Source: Candidatus Woesearchaeota archaeon (GTDB lineage Archaea; Nanobdellota; Nanobdellia; Woesearchaeales; GW2011-AR4). From it: a stretch of DNA of 63,278 bases. The DNA lies in the NCBI GenBank assembly GCA_018303625.1, contig JAGVXV010000011.1:1-63278 (forward strand). The letters are read 5' to 3'. Below are positions 18,874 through 29,103 of this stretch, piece by piece. Below the pieces are notes generated by a model. The model was given only the letters and a program-made list of their open reading frames with translations, was not told the origin of the DNA and ran no database searches. A program made the position numbers and the translations under genes. How positions within the stretch are numbered: position 1 is the first letter of the stretch; each line of letters opens with the position of its first letter.

Positions 18874-20271
18874 TTAAGCTGGCTGGCTTTGTAAGGCTAC
18901 TGCTATTACATAAAGCAAAGTAACCATAACCAGAATCAGCGCCAACAGCAGGAACAGGCTGCTCAATCCGAATATCTGGGCAAAATAGGAAAGCATTGGG
19001 GCAAATACAAGATAGGCTATAATGACAAAGAAGCTGTAGAATGAGAAATAAAAGCCTCTTTCACTCTCGCTTACCAATTCCAATGCCAATAATCCATTGG
19101 CAACTCCGACAATGGCAGCGCCTATTATGCCCGACATGGTGCCCATAGCGACCAATATTAAATTCGGCTTGTAATAATAAGACAGGGGCATTACAGCCAT
19201 AAGCAATGTGCCAAAAGCCAATGTGGGGAATTTTCCATATGCCTTTGAATCTATCTTGGACACCAGCGAGCCAAAAATTGAGCTGAAAACAGCGATTAAA
19301 AAAACCACAGCGACATTAAGAAAGCCTCCAAATCCCTTGTTTATGAAATGGTCATAAACAAAAATCCCGTAATAGGAATTCCCTATTGTCTGGCTTAAGC
19401 TTGTTAAGGCGCCGGCAATAACAAGAATTAAAATGGCCCTGTTTCCCAGAAAATACGGCATTTTCTGCCTTAATTGACTCCATGATTCCCTGAAAGACTT
19501 GAAAGCGCTGCTGCCTTCTGATTCATCCTTAACATCAATAAAGGACAGGATATAGCCTGAAAGTATAAAGGAAAGCGCTGTTGCCTCGAATGCAATAAGG
19601 TAGCCGTAAACCCTAAAGGAGAATAATTTTCCGAATATGCTAAATTCGACAGGAACTCCGGTAATTGGGAAAAAATCCATCAGGAAAGCCGATACAAAAA
19701 GGCTTATGGCAGTTATTATCAGCCCGTAATTCACTATCCTCCTCAGATAGGTTTTGTCCTTTTCCCTTACAAGCTTCTGGTAAAGGTCGCTGTAAGGGAC
19801 TATGCTTGCGCCGCCGAGCAAAACAGCCAATGAGAACAGTGCAACCGAATGCAAAAACACAGCTGTGCTTATCAGCAAAAAGCTGAATCCAAATATTATT
19901 CCTGATGCGCTGACAATCCTCCTCACACTCTTGATTTTTGCATACTGCTGCAAAAGCAATGAAACCAATGTGCTTAAAACAACCCTGGCTCCGTTTATTG
20001 CGCCTATAACGAAAAACGACGCGCCTGTAAGAAAAAAAAGTATGCTGACAAACTGCTGGCTTCCGAAACCATAGCCTATCCTGTCAAAAATTTCCTTTGA
20101 TACCGGCAAGAATTTCTTATCTGGCTTTTTGGCGGAAGCAATTGCAATGGCCTTGCCTATCGCGTCATCTGCATTTTCCTGGCTATTTGCTTTTTCCGGC
20201 TCCCTGTTTATCTGCCTCAATGGCATTTTGGAGCTTAAACTTTTTTTTGTTTTCCCGGAAAGCTTGGCCAT
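18874..20271 (-). CDS. MFS transporter
   Basis: About 12 hydrophobic segments after a basic N-terminal extension; MFS-like two-fold organisation. Confidence 0.8.
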   Translation of the reverse strand: MAKLSGKTKKSLSSKMPLRQINREPEKANSQENADDAIGKAIAIASAKKPDKKFLPVSKEIFDRIGYGFGSQQFVSILFFLTGASFFVIGAINGARVVLSTLVSLLLQQYAKIKSVRRIVSASGIIFGFSFLLISTAVFLHSVALFSLAVLLGGASIVPYSDLYQKLVREKDKTYLRRIVNYGLIITAISLFVSAFLMDFFPITGVPVEFSIFGKLFSFRVYGYLIAFEATALSFILSGYILSFIDVKDESEGSSAFKSFRESWSQLRQKMPYFLGNRAILILVIAGALTSLSQTIGNSYYGIFVYDHFINKGFGGFLNVAVVFLIAVFSSIFGSLVSKIDSKAYGKFPTLAFGTLLMAVMPLSYYYKPNLILVAMGTMSGIIGAAIVGVANGLLALELVSESERGFYFSFYSFFVIIAYLVFAPMLSYFAQIFGLSSLFLLLALILVMVTLLYVIAVALQSQPA

Positions 20272-20378
20272 TGGCTATTTAGCTTGATAGTTTGTATTTA
20301 AACTTTTTTAATTTAGGCATTAGTGTATTAATACAAACATTTAAAAAACAGGTGCAATTCTAGGCTTTTGGCAATAAA

Positions 20379-20612
20379 ATGGCATTTGACAAAAATCTTG
20401 ACAGGGAATTATTTTCCGAAACTGCAAGCTTTGAGACAACAAGAATCAAAGTGGGCGTTTACAGCTATAATGACGGGGAGAAAAAGCTCCAGATTTCCAG
20501 GGAAAACATGAGCCAGGACGGCCAATGGAGCTTTGCAAAGCTCGGCAGGATGTTCAAAGACGAGGCAGAGGCTGTTATGCCCATGATTGAAAAAGCCCTG
20601 AAGCATATGTAA
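20379..20612 (+). CDS. Small conserved protein, PC4/YdbC-like ssDNA-binding fold (tentative)
   Basis: IKVGVYSYNDGEKKLQISRE..WSFAKLGRM..EAEAV resembles PC4-like folds. Confidence 0.55.
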   Translation: MAFDKNLDRELFSETASFETTRIKVGVYSYNDGEKKLQISRENMSQDGQWSFAKLGRMFKDEAEAVMPMIEKALKHM

Positions 20613-20635
20613 ATTGCTAGACAGGTTTCAATTGC

Positions 20636-22939
20636 TCATAAATGGAATTTTAGGTGGTAATGCAGATAATTCAGGACGGTATTATCAATAGGAACATTTT
20701 CGTACATTACTTGGCCACGGTAATTCAGGCTGTGCAATACGCCGCTTAGATTAATAATTTCACTGCTTGAGAATTCCTTCGGCACCTGGGTGTAAAGCCC
20801 GATGTTTTTTCTATAGAGGGTTACCTCATCATCTTCTGAGTAGAGAAACAACTTAGGTATTGAATAAATGCGCCTCAAAGCTTCAGGATAATACCTCCTA
20901 ACCATTCTTAAGTAATCGAGAACTGTTATCCCATTTATAAATTCCTCAAAAAAAAGGTCTTTGTCAAAAGCGCTGATGCCCTTCACAAGCACAGGCTTTA
21001 GCCTTTTTAATTCCGAGTATCTTTCCGGATCCGATTTTTTTTTCATCCTGAGCAGCCTTTTAAACGCCTCATGGTGCCTCATTGTAGCATCTTCAAAAAT
21101 CTTTACCCTCTCAATACTCGTTTTAAAAAAAATTGGGCCTATTGGGCTTGAAAGGATTTTAGTCAGGAGATTTTTTGAAATGCCTGCACGCTGGTAAAAT
21201 GAGTATAGCATTGGGTTCAGCATTCCTATGACATCTATGTGCTCCGGCCATTTATTGTAAGATCTTATGATTACAGCCTTTAATTCCTCTTTTAAGGCTA
21301 ATTCCTCTTTCCTCAACCTCTCAATAAATCCTTGGTCTAAATTTCCCTTTTTCGGGAATTGCAACAGCAACGCCTCTATCTGCTTTTCAACTTTTTTCAA
21401 AGCTAAATCAACCTCCAAGTCATAATGCATGATGGAAAAGATAGCTGCTGTTCCTCCAGTGCTATGGCCCAATGTGCAGATGCTTTTAAGCCCGAATCTT
21501 TGCTTTAAATACGAAGCTATGCGGAGTATATTTTCTGATATCTCGGCATAGCCAAATCCTCCCCTAGATTCTCCATGAGAAGGCAAATCAAAAATATAAA
21601 CCAGGTAATTGTCATTGGCTATAGAATCGGCGAGATTGGAATGAAGCTTTCTGTAAGAAGTAAGCGAAGTTGCTATAATAACCCCTTTGTCTGGAATCCT
21701 TGATGGGTCTTTAAGGTAAACGTCCCCTGCAATTGTTCCTCTGGCGCCCTGGATGTTCAGCCTGAATCTGTGTATTGGCCCTACTTTTCCAACCACATCG
21801 CTATACTCCCTTTTTTCTATTCCAAGCATCCTTGACTTGACATACTCTCCTGCAATAGTCTTGTCAAAATAAGTTTCTCTCCAGTATTCATATTGCGCAA
21901 AAACCCTTATCCTCTTTTCCAAATCAAACAATCTTGCCTTTGCCTGTGTGAAAAATACGTCCATATTTTTAGGCAGCTTATCCAATAATCTTGAAATGCT
22001 TTCCATCTCACGAAGCATTTCCGCTTCTTCTATGTTCAAGTCAATTTCAAGGTTTGTGACAGAATGAAAATGCCTCTTATAAAAATCAAGCAGATTTTTC
22101 ACGTCATAAACAAACCTGTATACCAGCAATAAGAGCTCATTGTACCTTTGCTCTAACTCTTTTTCCCGCAATGCCCATTTAGGTATGTCATAGATTGAAC
22201 CCTGCACATGCCCCCATTTTTCCCTGTAAAAGTTTTCAATGGACAATTCAATTATTTCTTTCTCCCTGGAAAAAGACTGCATCAGTCTCCCCAAATGAGC
22301 CATAAAGCCATCTTCATTGAGGATGTAAATCCCCTCCCTTGCTGCATTCCTTAATTCATCGCTCTGCTTTGAGAAAAGGTACAGCCTAAGGGGCTTGAAG
22401 GGCAATGCTCCCCTAGCCTCTCTTTTTTCGCTGCTTTGCTCCTTCCCAATATCGCGGGCTAGCCCTTTCAGAGTCTCTTTTATTTCGCCGCAAAGCCCGT
22501 CAAAATCCTTGACAGAGTTCCTTAAAGCCTCTCCTTGCCCCGATTTTTTTATGTCGAAAGGGTATTTGCCTTCCAGACGCAGGACCTGGACTTCTGTCTG
22601 AAGAATAAAATTAAGCAAAGAGTCTATCTTTCTTACTAACTTCAAATGCTCTGCGCCGCTTTTCTGTATAGCATACTCCACAAGCCCTATTATCCTTTGA
22701 ACTTCGATGATATAATCTTCTAAAAGTTTTTTGGAAAGTTTTGTTAAAGATTCCAAATCCGAAGAAAATCCGCCATGAACGCCTATTTTTATTATTCTTT
22801 CCAGACAGATTCTAAGCCTTGTTGCAACCGATGCTTCTTCCCTTTTGGCAACAGTTTTTAGGCGGATATCTTTATAGGTAACTCCAATAATATACTTCTC
22901 CGGCAAAAGGCCAGCCTGCATATTCTGCCTTAACATCAA
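20636..22939 (-). CDS. Alpha/beta hydrolase fused to a long N-terminal helical region
   Basis: FDLPSHGESRG, LGHSTGG nucleophile elbow, SEDDEV Asp and GVLHS His in the C-terminal half. Confidence 0.8.
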   Translation of the reverse strand: MMLRQNMQAGLLPEKYIIGVTYKDIRLKTVAKREEASVATRLRICLERIIKIGVHGGFSSDLESLTKLSKKLLEDYIIEVQRIIGLVEYAIQKSGAEHLKLVRKIDSLLNFILQTEVQVLRLEGKYPFDIKKSGQGEALRNSVKDFDGLCGEIKETLKGLARDIGKEQSSEKREARGALPFKPLRLYLFSKQSDELRNAAREGIYILNEDGFMAHLGRLMQSFSREKEIIELSIENFYREKWGHVQGSIYDIPKWALREKELEQRYNELLLLVYRFVYDVKNLLDFYKRHFHSVTNLEIDLNIEEAEMLREMESISRLLDKLPKNMDVFFTQAKARLFDLEKRIRVFAQYEYWRETYFDKTIAGEYVKSRMLGIEKREYSDVVGKVGPIHRFRLNIQGARGTIAGDVYLKDPSRIPDKGVIIATSLTSYRKLHSNLADSIANDNYLVYIFDLPSHGESRGGFGYAEISENILRIASYLKQRFGLKSICTLGHSTGGTAAIFSIMHYDLEVDLALKKVEKQIEALLLQFPKKGNLDQGFIERLRKEELALKEELKAVIIRSYNKWPEHIDVIGMLNPMLYSFYQRAGISKNLLTKILSSPIGPIFFKTSIERVKIFEDATMRHHEAFKRLLRMKKKSDPERYSELKRLKPVLVKGISAFDKDLFFEEFINGITVLDYLRMVRRYYPEALRRIYSIPKLFLYSEDDEVTLYRKNIGLYTQVPKEFSSSEIINLSGVLHSLNYRGQVMYENVPIDNTVLNYLHYHLKFHL

Positions 22940-23019
22940 AATTCCACTTAGAAAGATACTATTTAAACATTATTGTTTCTTAAATTCCAGTTGTTTTTTT
23001 CAGATTAAACAGCCCTTTC

Positions 23020-24420
23020 ATGCAAGAAATCGAAAATATTAAATACGTTTTTGCTAATTTGGGCATTAATAGCGCTTTTTTGCAGCATATTAAAATGGAA
23101 AAAGGGGTTTTGGAGCAGATTGAGCCTGAGGCTGGCAGGGCAGCCGAAAGGAAAAGCATCATCATTGACTTCTTCAGAGGCATAGCCTCAACTGTTGGCG
23201 GCAAAAGGGCCAGAAGGCTTGAGAAAAGATGGGATTTTTCCGCTGATGGCGCAATAACCTCGCTTACTTCCGCGATAGCTGGCGGAAAGAACATAGCAGT
23301 GTTCACGACAAAAAACGGCAAATTGTACGTTTTGAGTGAAAATGCCGAAGTGAAATTTGTATATAATCCGGAGGAAAAGCTGACGGAGGAGGAGCTTTTC
23401 TTCGCAGAAGAAAATACTGCAAGGAATATATACACAACTCCTGCCATTGCGGACATAAATAATGACGGGAAAGACGAGATAATTTTTGGCACTGACACCG
23501 GAAAGGTGTATGCGCTTGACCTCTCAGGAAAATTATTGTGGAGCTACAAAGCCCAGGATTCTGTCAGATCAAGCGCCATGATTGAAGACATCAACAATGA
23601 CAAAAAAATGAAGATAGTTTTCGGCTCAAATGACGGGAATTTATACGCACTGAATTCAAAAGGGAAGCTCCTATGGAAATTCAAGGCCAATTCCGGCATT
23701 GAGGCGAGACCGAGCCTGCTCAGGGGCAAAAAGCAGTCTCAAATAATTTTCGGCTCCAACGACGGGATTATCTATTCCGTTGACGGGAAAGGAAAGGCGC
23801 TTTGGCAGTTCAAAACTGATGGCAAGATAACAGCCGCTGCCTCAACAGGAAAACTATACAATGACGGCGAGGATTACATTGTCATAGGCAGCTTTGACAG
23901 CAATATTTACGCCCTAAATGCCAATGGCAAGCTTAAGTGGAAATACAAGACAGAAGGCAACATTTTCTCCGAGGCAAGCCTGGCTGACATCAACAACGAC
24001 AAAAAGCTTGAGATTATTTTTGGCTGCTGCGACGACAATATCTATGCATTATCATGCTCAGGAGACAGGATATGGAATTATGAAACTGATTTTTGGGTTG
24101 TTGCCTCGCCGCTGGCTGTTGACATAGACAACGACGGAAAGCTTGAAATAGTGGCAGGCTCCTATGACCGGTCACTGTACATACTCGATGCTGAAGGGAC
24201 ATTTTTGCTGAATTACATGCCCGGCATTTCCTCGATAACTCAGCAAAGCGGCTATTATGACGAGCCAATGACAAGCCAGCCCGGGGTATTTTACGGAAAA
24301 AAGCTCTGGTCTTATAAGACAGACGGCATGGTGGTAGGGATAGCATGCATGGCAAATAAAGAAAAAAATATAATAACAGGAACAGATACCGGGAAAATAA
24401 GCAGCTTTATTTTAAAGTAG
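23020..24420 (+). CDS. PQQ/FG-GAP-type beta-propeller repeat protein
   Basis: Repeated ADINNDGKDEIIFG / ADINNDKKLEIIFG / VDIDNDGKLEIVAG Ca-binding motifs alternating with YAL..GKLLW repeats; no signal peptide. Confidence 0.88.
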   Translation: MQEIENIKYVFANLGINSAFLQHIKMEKGVLEQIEPEAGRAAERKSIIIDFFRGIASTVGGKRARRLEKRWDFSADGAITSLTSAIAGGKNIAVFTTKNGKLYVLSENAEVKFVYNPEEKLTEEELFFAEENTARNIYTTPAIADINNDGKDEIIFGTDTGKVYALDLSGKLLWSYKAQDSVRSSAMIEDINNDKKMKIVFGSNDGNLYALNSKGKLLWKFKANSGIEARPSLLRGKKQSQIIFGSNDGIIYSVDGKGKALWQFKTDGKITAAASTGKLYNDGEDYIVIGSFDSNIYALNANGKLKWKYKTEGNIFSEASLADINNDKKLEIIFGCCDDNIYALSCSGDRIWNYETDFWVVASPLAVDIDNDGKLEIVAGSYDRSLYILDAEGTFLLNYMPGISSITQQSGYYDEPMTSQPGVFYGKKLWSYKTDGMVVGIACMANKEKNIITGTDTGKISSFILK

Positions 24421-24430
24421 AGGTGTTAAA

Positions 24431-25225
24431 ATGGCGGAAAAAAACGGCAAGATTAAAACTTACATAAAGGGGCTTGATGAAAATCTGCAGGGGGGAATTC
24501 CTGAAGGGCACCTGGTTTTGGTATGCGGAAGCGCAGGAACCATGAAGTCTTCTGTTGCATTCAACATAATATACAATGAAGTGCTTGAGGGAAAAACGGG
24601 CATATACCTTACTCTGGAGCAATCGCATGCTTCCCTGCTGAAGCAGATGGAGAACATGGAATTTGACCTGTCCAAGGTGAATGTGCAGGTCTTGGAGGAA
24701 ATTTCAAAAATTGACGAGGTTGCAAAAAAAGTGAAGTCCTCAAAAGGGACTTTGGTGATTTCCGACCTGGGCGCCATAAGGAAAAAGCTTGCGGATACAA
24801 AATTCGGGCCAAGCGGTGACTGGCTGAATGCAATGAAAAACATAATAAAAAAGATAAGCACAAGCTCAAAATGCGACTTATTTGTCCTGGATTCCTTATC
24901 AGCCCTCTATGTGCTGTCAAGCTTTGACAAGCCCAGAACAAAGATATTTCATATTTTCGAGTTTTTAAGGGATCTCGGATTGACATCTTTCCTTGTATCT
25001 GAAATGCCCATAGACCAGAGCAAATACAGCGAGTATGAGGTGGAGGATTTCCTTGCTGACGGCATAATCTACCTGCAGCTTACAAAAAGGTACAGGAAGG
25101 TTACAAGGGAAATTTCAGTAGTCAAGATGAGGGCTACGGAATGCAACAATGATGTTTTTACACTTGAGTACAAAAACAAGAAATTCCAGGCAACATTTGG
25201 CGGAAGAACTCCTTTAGTCGAGTAA
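24431..25225 (+). CDS. KaiC/GvpD-like RecA-superfamily ATPase (single domain)
   Basis: GLDENLQGGIPEGHLVLVCGSAGTMKS (Walker A), YLTLEQ, FVLDSL, FLADGIIYL, VVKMR. Confidence 0.9.
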   Translation: MAEKNGKIKTYIKGLDENLQGGIPEGHLVLVCGSAGTMKSSVAFNIIYNEVLEGKTGIYLTLEQSHASLLKQMENMEFDLSKVNVQVLEEISKIDEVAKKVKSSKGTLVISDLGAIRKKLADTKFGPSGDWLNAMKNIIKKISTSSKCDLFVLDSLSALYVLSSFDKPRTKIFHIFEFLRDLGLTSFLVSEMPIDQSKYSEYEVEDFLADGIIYLQLTKRYRKVTREISVVKMRATECNNDVFTLEYKNKKFQATFGGRTPLVE

Positions 25226-25247
25226 TTCCGCAATAATCAAAAAAGAG

Positions 25248-26234
25248 GTGCAGTTTATGGCAGATAAGGCATCAGTCCAGAAATGCAGGGAAGACTTAAA
25301 CAAGGTAAGGAAGGAGATAGCTAAAATTGTCGTCGGGCAGGAAAGTGTCATTGACGGCCTGCTCAGGGCTTTGGTTGCCAACGGCCATGTCCTGATCGAG
25401 GGTGTTCCGGGAATAGCAAAAACGCTTGTAATAAGGGCGCTGTCAGCCTCTACAGGATGCGGCTTCAAAAGGATACAATTTACAGCCGACCTTCTGCCGA
25501 CTGATATAATAGGCGTAACTTCTTATGAGGAGCAGAAAGGATTTTTTGTCATTAAAGGCCCGATTTTCAGCAATTTTATTCTGGGCGATGAGATAAACAG
25601 GGCGCCGCCAAAAGTGCAGAGCGCGCTGCTTGAGGCAATGCAGGAAAAGCAAGTCACTATAGGGAAAGAGACTTTTCCCTTGGATCAGCCTTTTTTTGTC
25701 CTTGCAACTCAAAACCCAATTGAATCTTTGGGAACATATCCCTTGCCAGAGGCCCAGATTGACAGGTTTTTGTTCAAGCTTTTAATAGGGTATCCAAGCA
25801 AGGAAGATGAAAGGAAGATAATTGAATACAACATATCAATGCAAAATTTTGAGGATTTTGGGGTTAAGCCTGCAATAAGCCCGCAGAGGATTATGGAAAT
25901 GCAAAAAACAACAAAAGAGATAGGGCATAAAGACAGGATAAAGGATTATATTGTGGACTTGGTAAATGCAACAAGAAACCCTGAAAAATACAGCATAAAG
26001 CTGGGAAAGTTCATACAGTGGGGATCTTCGCCAAGAGCGGGAATAAGCCTGTTTATTGGAGCAAAAGCTGATGCTTTGCTTAGAGGGGAAATGCATATAA
26101 AGCCGCAGAATGTAAAAAATGTAGCCTTGGATGTCCTGAGGCACAGGCTGATATTAAACTACCGCGGAGAGGCAGAGGGCATAAGCAAGGATGATATTGT
26201 AAAAGAGATAATTTCAAAGGTAAAAATTCCATGA
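25248..26234 (+). CDS. moxR: MoxR-family AAA+ ATPase
   Basis: GHVLIEGVPGIAKT, RIQFTADLLPTDI, DEINRAPPKVQSALLEAMQE, ATQNPIE, GSSPRA. Probable start is ATG at 25257. Confidence 0.96.
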   Translation: MQFMADKASVQKCREDLNKVRKEIAKIVVGQESVIDGLLRALVANGHVLIEGVPGIAKTLVIRALSASTGCGFKRIQFTADLLPTDIIGVTSYEEQKGFFVIKGPIFSNFILGDEINRAPPKVQSALLEAMQEKQVTIGKETFPLDQPFFVLATQNPIESLGTYPLPEAQIDRFLFKLLIGYPSKEDERKIIEYNISMQNFEDFGVKPAISPQRIMEMQKTTKEIGHKDRIKDYIVDLVNATRNPEKYSIKLGKFIQWGSSPRAGISLFIGAKADALLRGEMHIKPQNVKNVALDVLRHRLILNYRGEAEGISKDDIVKEIISKVKIP

Positions 26235-27115
26235 AAAGGCTGAAAGTTGACCTTGCAACCGCGACAAAGAACCTGAGGGTATTGACAAGCAGCCTTGTGA
26301 ACACAAAATTCATCGGCAGCTACAGAAGTGTTTTTCGCGGCAAAGGCCTTGAATTCAGGGACTACAGGCAGTACACTCCTGATGATGATGCTGCCTCGAT
26401 AGACTGGAAAGCCACGGTAAGGTCAAAGAAAACACTTATCAAGGAATTTGAGGAAGAGAGGAATTTGAACGTGTTTTTTCTTGTAGATGCCAGCTCGAGC
26501 ATGCTTCTCAGCTCAACGCCGAAACTGAAAAGCGAGTACGCTGCCGAGATTGTAGCTTCCCTGTCCAGGGCTATCCTTGAGTCAGGCGACAATGTCGGAT
26601 TTGCATTGTTTACTGACAGGCCCATGAAAAGCGTATTGCCTGACAGGGGAACGAAGCAGTTTTATATATTATCTGAAACAATTGTGGACATATCCCTTTA
26701 CGGAGGAAAGTTTGACTTAGGCGAGGCATTGAAATTTTTGATTGGATCGCTAAGCGCAGGCACACTGGTCATGATAGTTTCGGATTTCATAACGAGCAAT
26801 AACTGGGAGCAGTACCTTCAGATAGCCGCAAGAAAATTCGGGATTATAGGGGTAATGATAAGGGATCCTACAGACAGGGCATTGCCCAAAATCAGCGGCA
26901 GGGTGATTGTTTCAGACCCCTTTTCCAACAATGCGATGCTGATAGAGCCGAACTTGATCAGGGAAAGGTTTGCAAAGTACGTCAAGGAAGAGGAAAGAAA
27001 AATAAAGGACGCCTTTGTAAAAAACAATTCGGATTTTCTCGAGCTGACAACGGATGTGCCTTTTCTTGAGCCCCTGACTAAATTCTTCAAAATGCGCGAA
27101 TTAAGGCTAAGGTAA
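26231..27115 (+). CDS. DUF58 domain protein (vWA-like)
   Basis: GSYRSVFRGKGLEFRDYRQY..DDAASIDWK..EEERN..DASSSM; follows moxR. Confidence 0.92.
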   Translation: MKRLKVDLATATKNLRVLTSSLVNTKFIGSYRSVFRGKGLEFRDYRQYTPDDDAASIDWKATVRSKKTLIKEFEEERNLNVFFLVDASSSMLLSSTPKLKSEYAAEIVASLSRAILESGDNVGFALFTDRPMKSVLPDRGTKQFYILSETIVDISLYGGKFDLGEALKFLIGSLSAGTLVMIVSDFITSNNWEQYLQIAARKFGIIGVMIRDPTDRALPKISGRVIVSDPFSNNAMLIEPNLIRERFAKYVKEEERKIKDAFVKNNSDFLELTTDVPFLEPLTKFFKMRELRLR

Positions 27116-27117
27116 AA

Positions 27118-28053
27118 ATGGCTGAAATAACATTTGGAAACCCGATTTACCTGTGGTTTTTCCTCAGCATACCGGCGCTCGCTATTGTTCATCTTATCGG
27201 GCTGAAGCTCATTAAAAGAAGGGCGCTGGAGTTTGGAAATTTTGCTGCGCTCGAAAGGGTCGCGAAAAGGCCTTTTATCCCGAAAAACTATATTTTGCTT
27301 GGGATAAGGATAGCTACCCTGTCATTTTTGATATTGGCAATTTCCGGAACAACATTCTGGTATTTTGGCAGGAGCAGCGACTTTGATTTTGTTTTGGCGA
27401 TAGATGCTTCAAGCTCGATGCTTGCAGGCGACTTTCTGCCAAGCAGGCTAAACGCTGCTGTGGAAACCGCAAAAGACTTCGTTGACTCAATTTCCTCAAG
27501 GGCAAAAGTGGGCGTTGTTTCATTTGCAGGCACAAGCTTTGTCGAGCAGGCCCCTACCGAGGATTTTTCCAAGGTCAAAGATGCTTTGGACAGGATAGCT
27601 GTAAAGCCGATAGGCGGCACTGACCTGGGAGAGGCAATCATAACATCATCAAATTTGCTGATTGCAGAGGAAAGGGCAAAGATTGTAATTTTGCTCACAG
27701 ACGGCAGGAGCAATGTCGGAGTTCCTATGGAGCAGGCATTGGAATATGTAAACTCAAACCATGTCATAGTGCACACAATAGGCATAGGCACCGAAGAAGG
27801 CGGCCTTATTCCTGAAGCTGATGTTATCCTGAAGCTGGATGAGGAAGAGCTTAAAAGGATTGCATCGTCAGCAGACGGCAATTATTACAAGGCATCTGAC
27901 AGGGAAACACTGCAAAAATCCTATCTGGAGATTGTTTCAAGCACAAGGAAAAAGCTTTCTGTCAATTTGACAGTGCCTTTTATGCTTCTGGCTTTGGTTT
28001 TGTTGTTCATTGACTGGGGGCTGGTAAACACAAGGTATGGGATTATACCATAG
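27118..28053 (+). CDS. BatA/BatB-like membrane-anchored vWA protein
   Basis: N-terminal FGNPIYLW TM hairpin, MIDAS DASSSM, GGTDLG, LLTDG, HTIGIG, C-terminal TM. Confidence 0.92.
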   Translation: MAEITFGNPIYLWFFLSIPALAIVHLIGLKLIKRRALEFGNFAALERVAKRPFIPKNYILLGIRIATLSFLILAISGTTFWYFGRSSDFDFVLAIDASSSMLAGDFLPSRLNAAVETAKDFVDSISSRAKVGVVSFAGTSFVEQAPTEDFSKVKDALDRIAVKPIGGTDLGEAIITSSNLLIAEERAKIVILLTDGRSNVGVPMEQALEYVNSNHVIVHTIGIGTEEGGLIPEADVILKLDEEELKRIASSADGNYYKASDRETLQKSYLEIVSSTRKKLSVNLTVPFMLLALVLLFIDWGLVNTRYGIIP

Positions 28054-28186
28054 GATATTTATTTTTGATTTTTGTTTCAATTTTTATTTTTTTATTGAAT
28101 TTTTAATTCACTGGAAAGTTTCAAAGGGGTTTTTGGTGCCCCTAAAATCTTAGATTTTCGTGGGAAAATAATAAAAATAAAATCAT

Positions 28187-28264
28187 GGGGAATAGATTAA
28201 TGTTTGCTCTTTATTCCGCCGTTATGCTCCCAACCCCCCTGTGCATTCATTATCTTATAGAGCA
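28187..28264 (-). ncRNA. Pseudoknot-family element, copy 2
   Basis: Minus strand: tgctct/agagca interleaved with gggag/ttccc, GCATAA and AATCTATTCCCC shared with copy 1, then a U-tract. Confidence 0.55.
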
Positions 28265-28269
28265 TATAT

Positions 28270-28349
28270 TTGCACTTTAATGCAAAATATTAACGGGCTG
28301 GTGGATGGCATTAGTCTTCCAGAAAGTGCGTTCTTTAAATTCCATCCAC
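28270..28349 (+). ncRNA. Pseudoknot-family element, copy 3
   Basis: gcacttt (28272)/aaagtgc (28323) interleaved with gtggatgg (28301)/ccatccac (28342), then gattttattttttt. Confidence 0.6.
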
Positions 28350-28418
28350 GATTTTATTTTTTTGATAATAAAATGGAGATAATAAGAATGGGTACTTAAA
28401 AACTTGCTTTAAACTTTT

Positions 28419-29102
28419 TTAAAAATTAAGCCCGAATATGCTCCTTTTAAGCGGATTTCTTGCGCTCTCCTTTCTTACCAGCCTGGAAATTTTTTCTTCC
28501 ATTAAACTGCTGTTTTCAAATTTTTTCTCGCTTGATTTGAATTCTTTCGTATGGTGGAAATTTCTCATGCCTTTGCTGTTGAATTTATGCTTCTTGTGCA
28601 GCATCTCGTGGTACATCACATAATCCAGAATGTCCATGTCAGAATTCCTGAAAACCCTGCTTATGCTTATTGTGTCAGATCCGTATTCGTAATGCCCCAG
28701 CTTTCTCAGGGAAAAATTTCCCCAGACAAGATTTGGCCTTTCTAATAAGCCGAAAAAATATTTTTCATTCACCTTGTTGAAAGACTCTTCCAGAATGGCA
28801 TCAGTTTTTGTTTTTGGCACTGAAATATGCACATTCTTCATGAACAGGTTGTACAAATCAATATTTGTCGTTTTCTTTTTTAATCTGAATATTTTCAACA
28901 GCAATTCCTGTATCAGCCCGGATTGGATCTCCTCACTTACGTTCTTCCACTTTTTGCTCAAATTAAACTGGAAGTTATTCCTGAAGTACTTTACATTCGC
29001 ATTATAGTCGTTGAATTTATTGTTGTATTTTATCTCAAAATCATAGTCCTCGATGTTTTTTTCCGGGAATATCTCCAAAAAGGCCTTTTCAGCTATGTTC
29101 AT
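28419..29102 (-). CDS. SprT-like/M48-type zinc metallopeptidase
   Basis: KLGHYEYGSDTISIS..YVMYHEMLHKKH..HHTKEF. Confidence 0.8.
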   Translation of the reverse strand: MNIAEKAFLEIFPEKNIEDYDFEIKYNNKFNDYNANVKYFRNNFQFNLSKKWKNVSEEIQSGLIQELLLKIFRLKKKTTNIDLYNLFMKNVHISVPKTKTDAILEESFNKVNEKYFFGLLERPNLVWGNFSLRKLGHYEYGSDTISISRVFRNSDMDILDYVMYHEMLHKKHKFNSKGMRNFHHTKEFKSSEKKFENSSLMEEKISRLVRKESARNPLKRSIFGLNF

Positions 29103-29103
29103 T

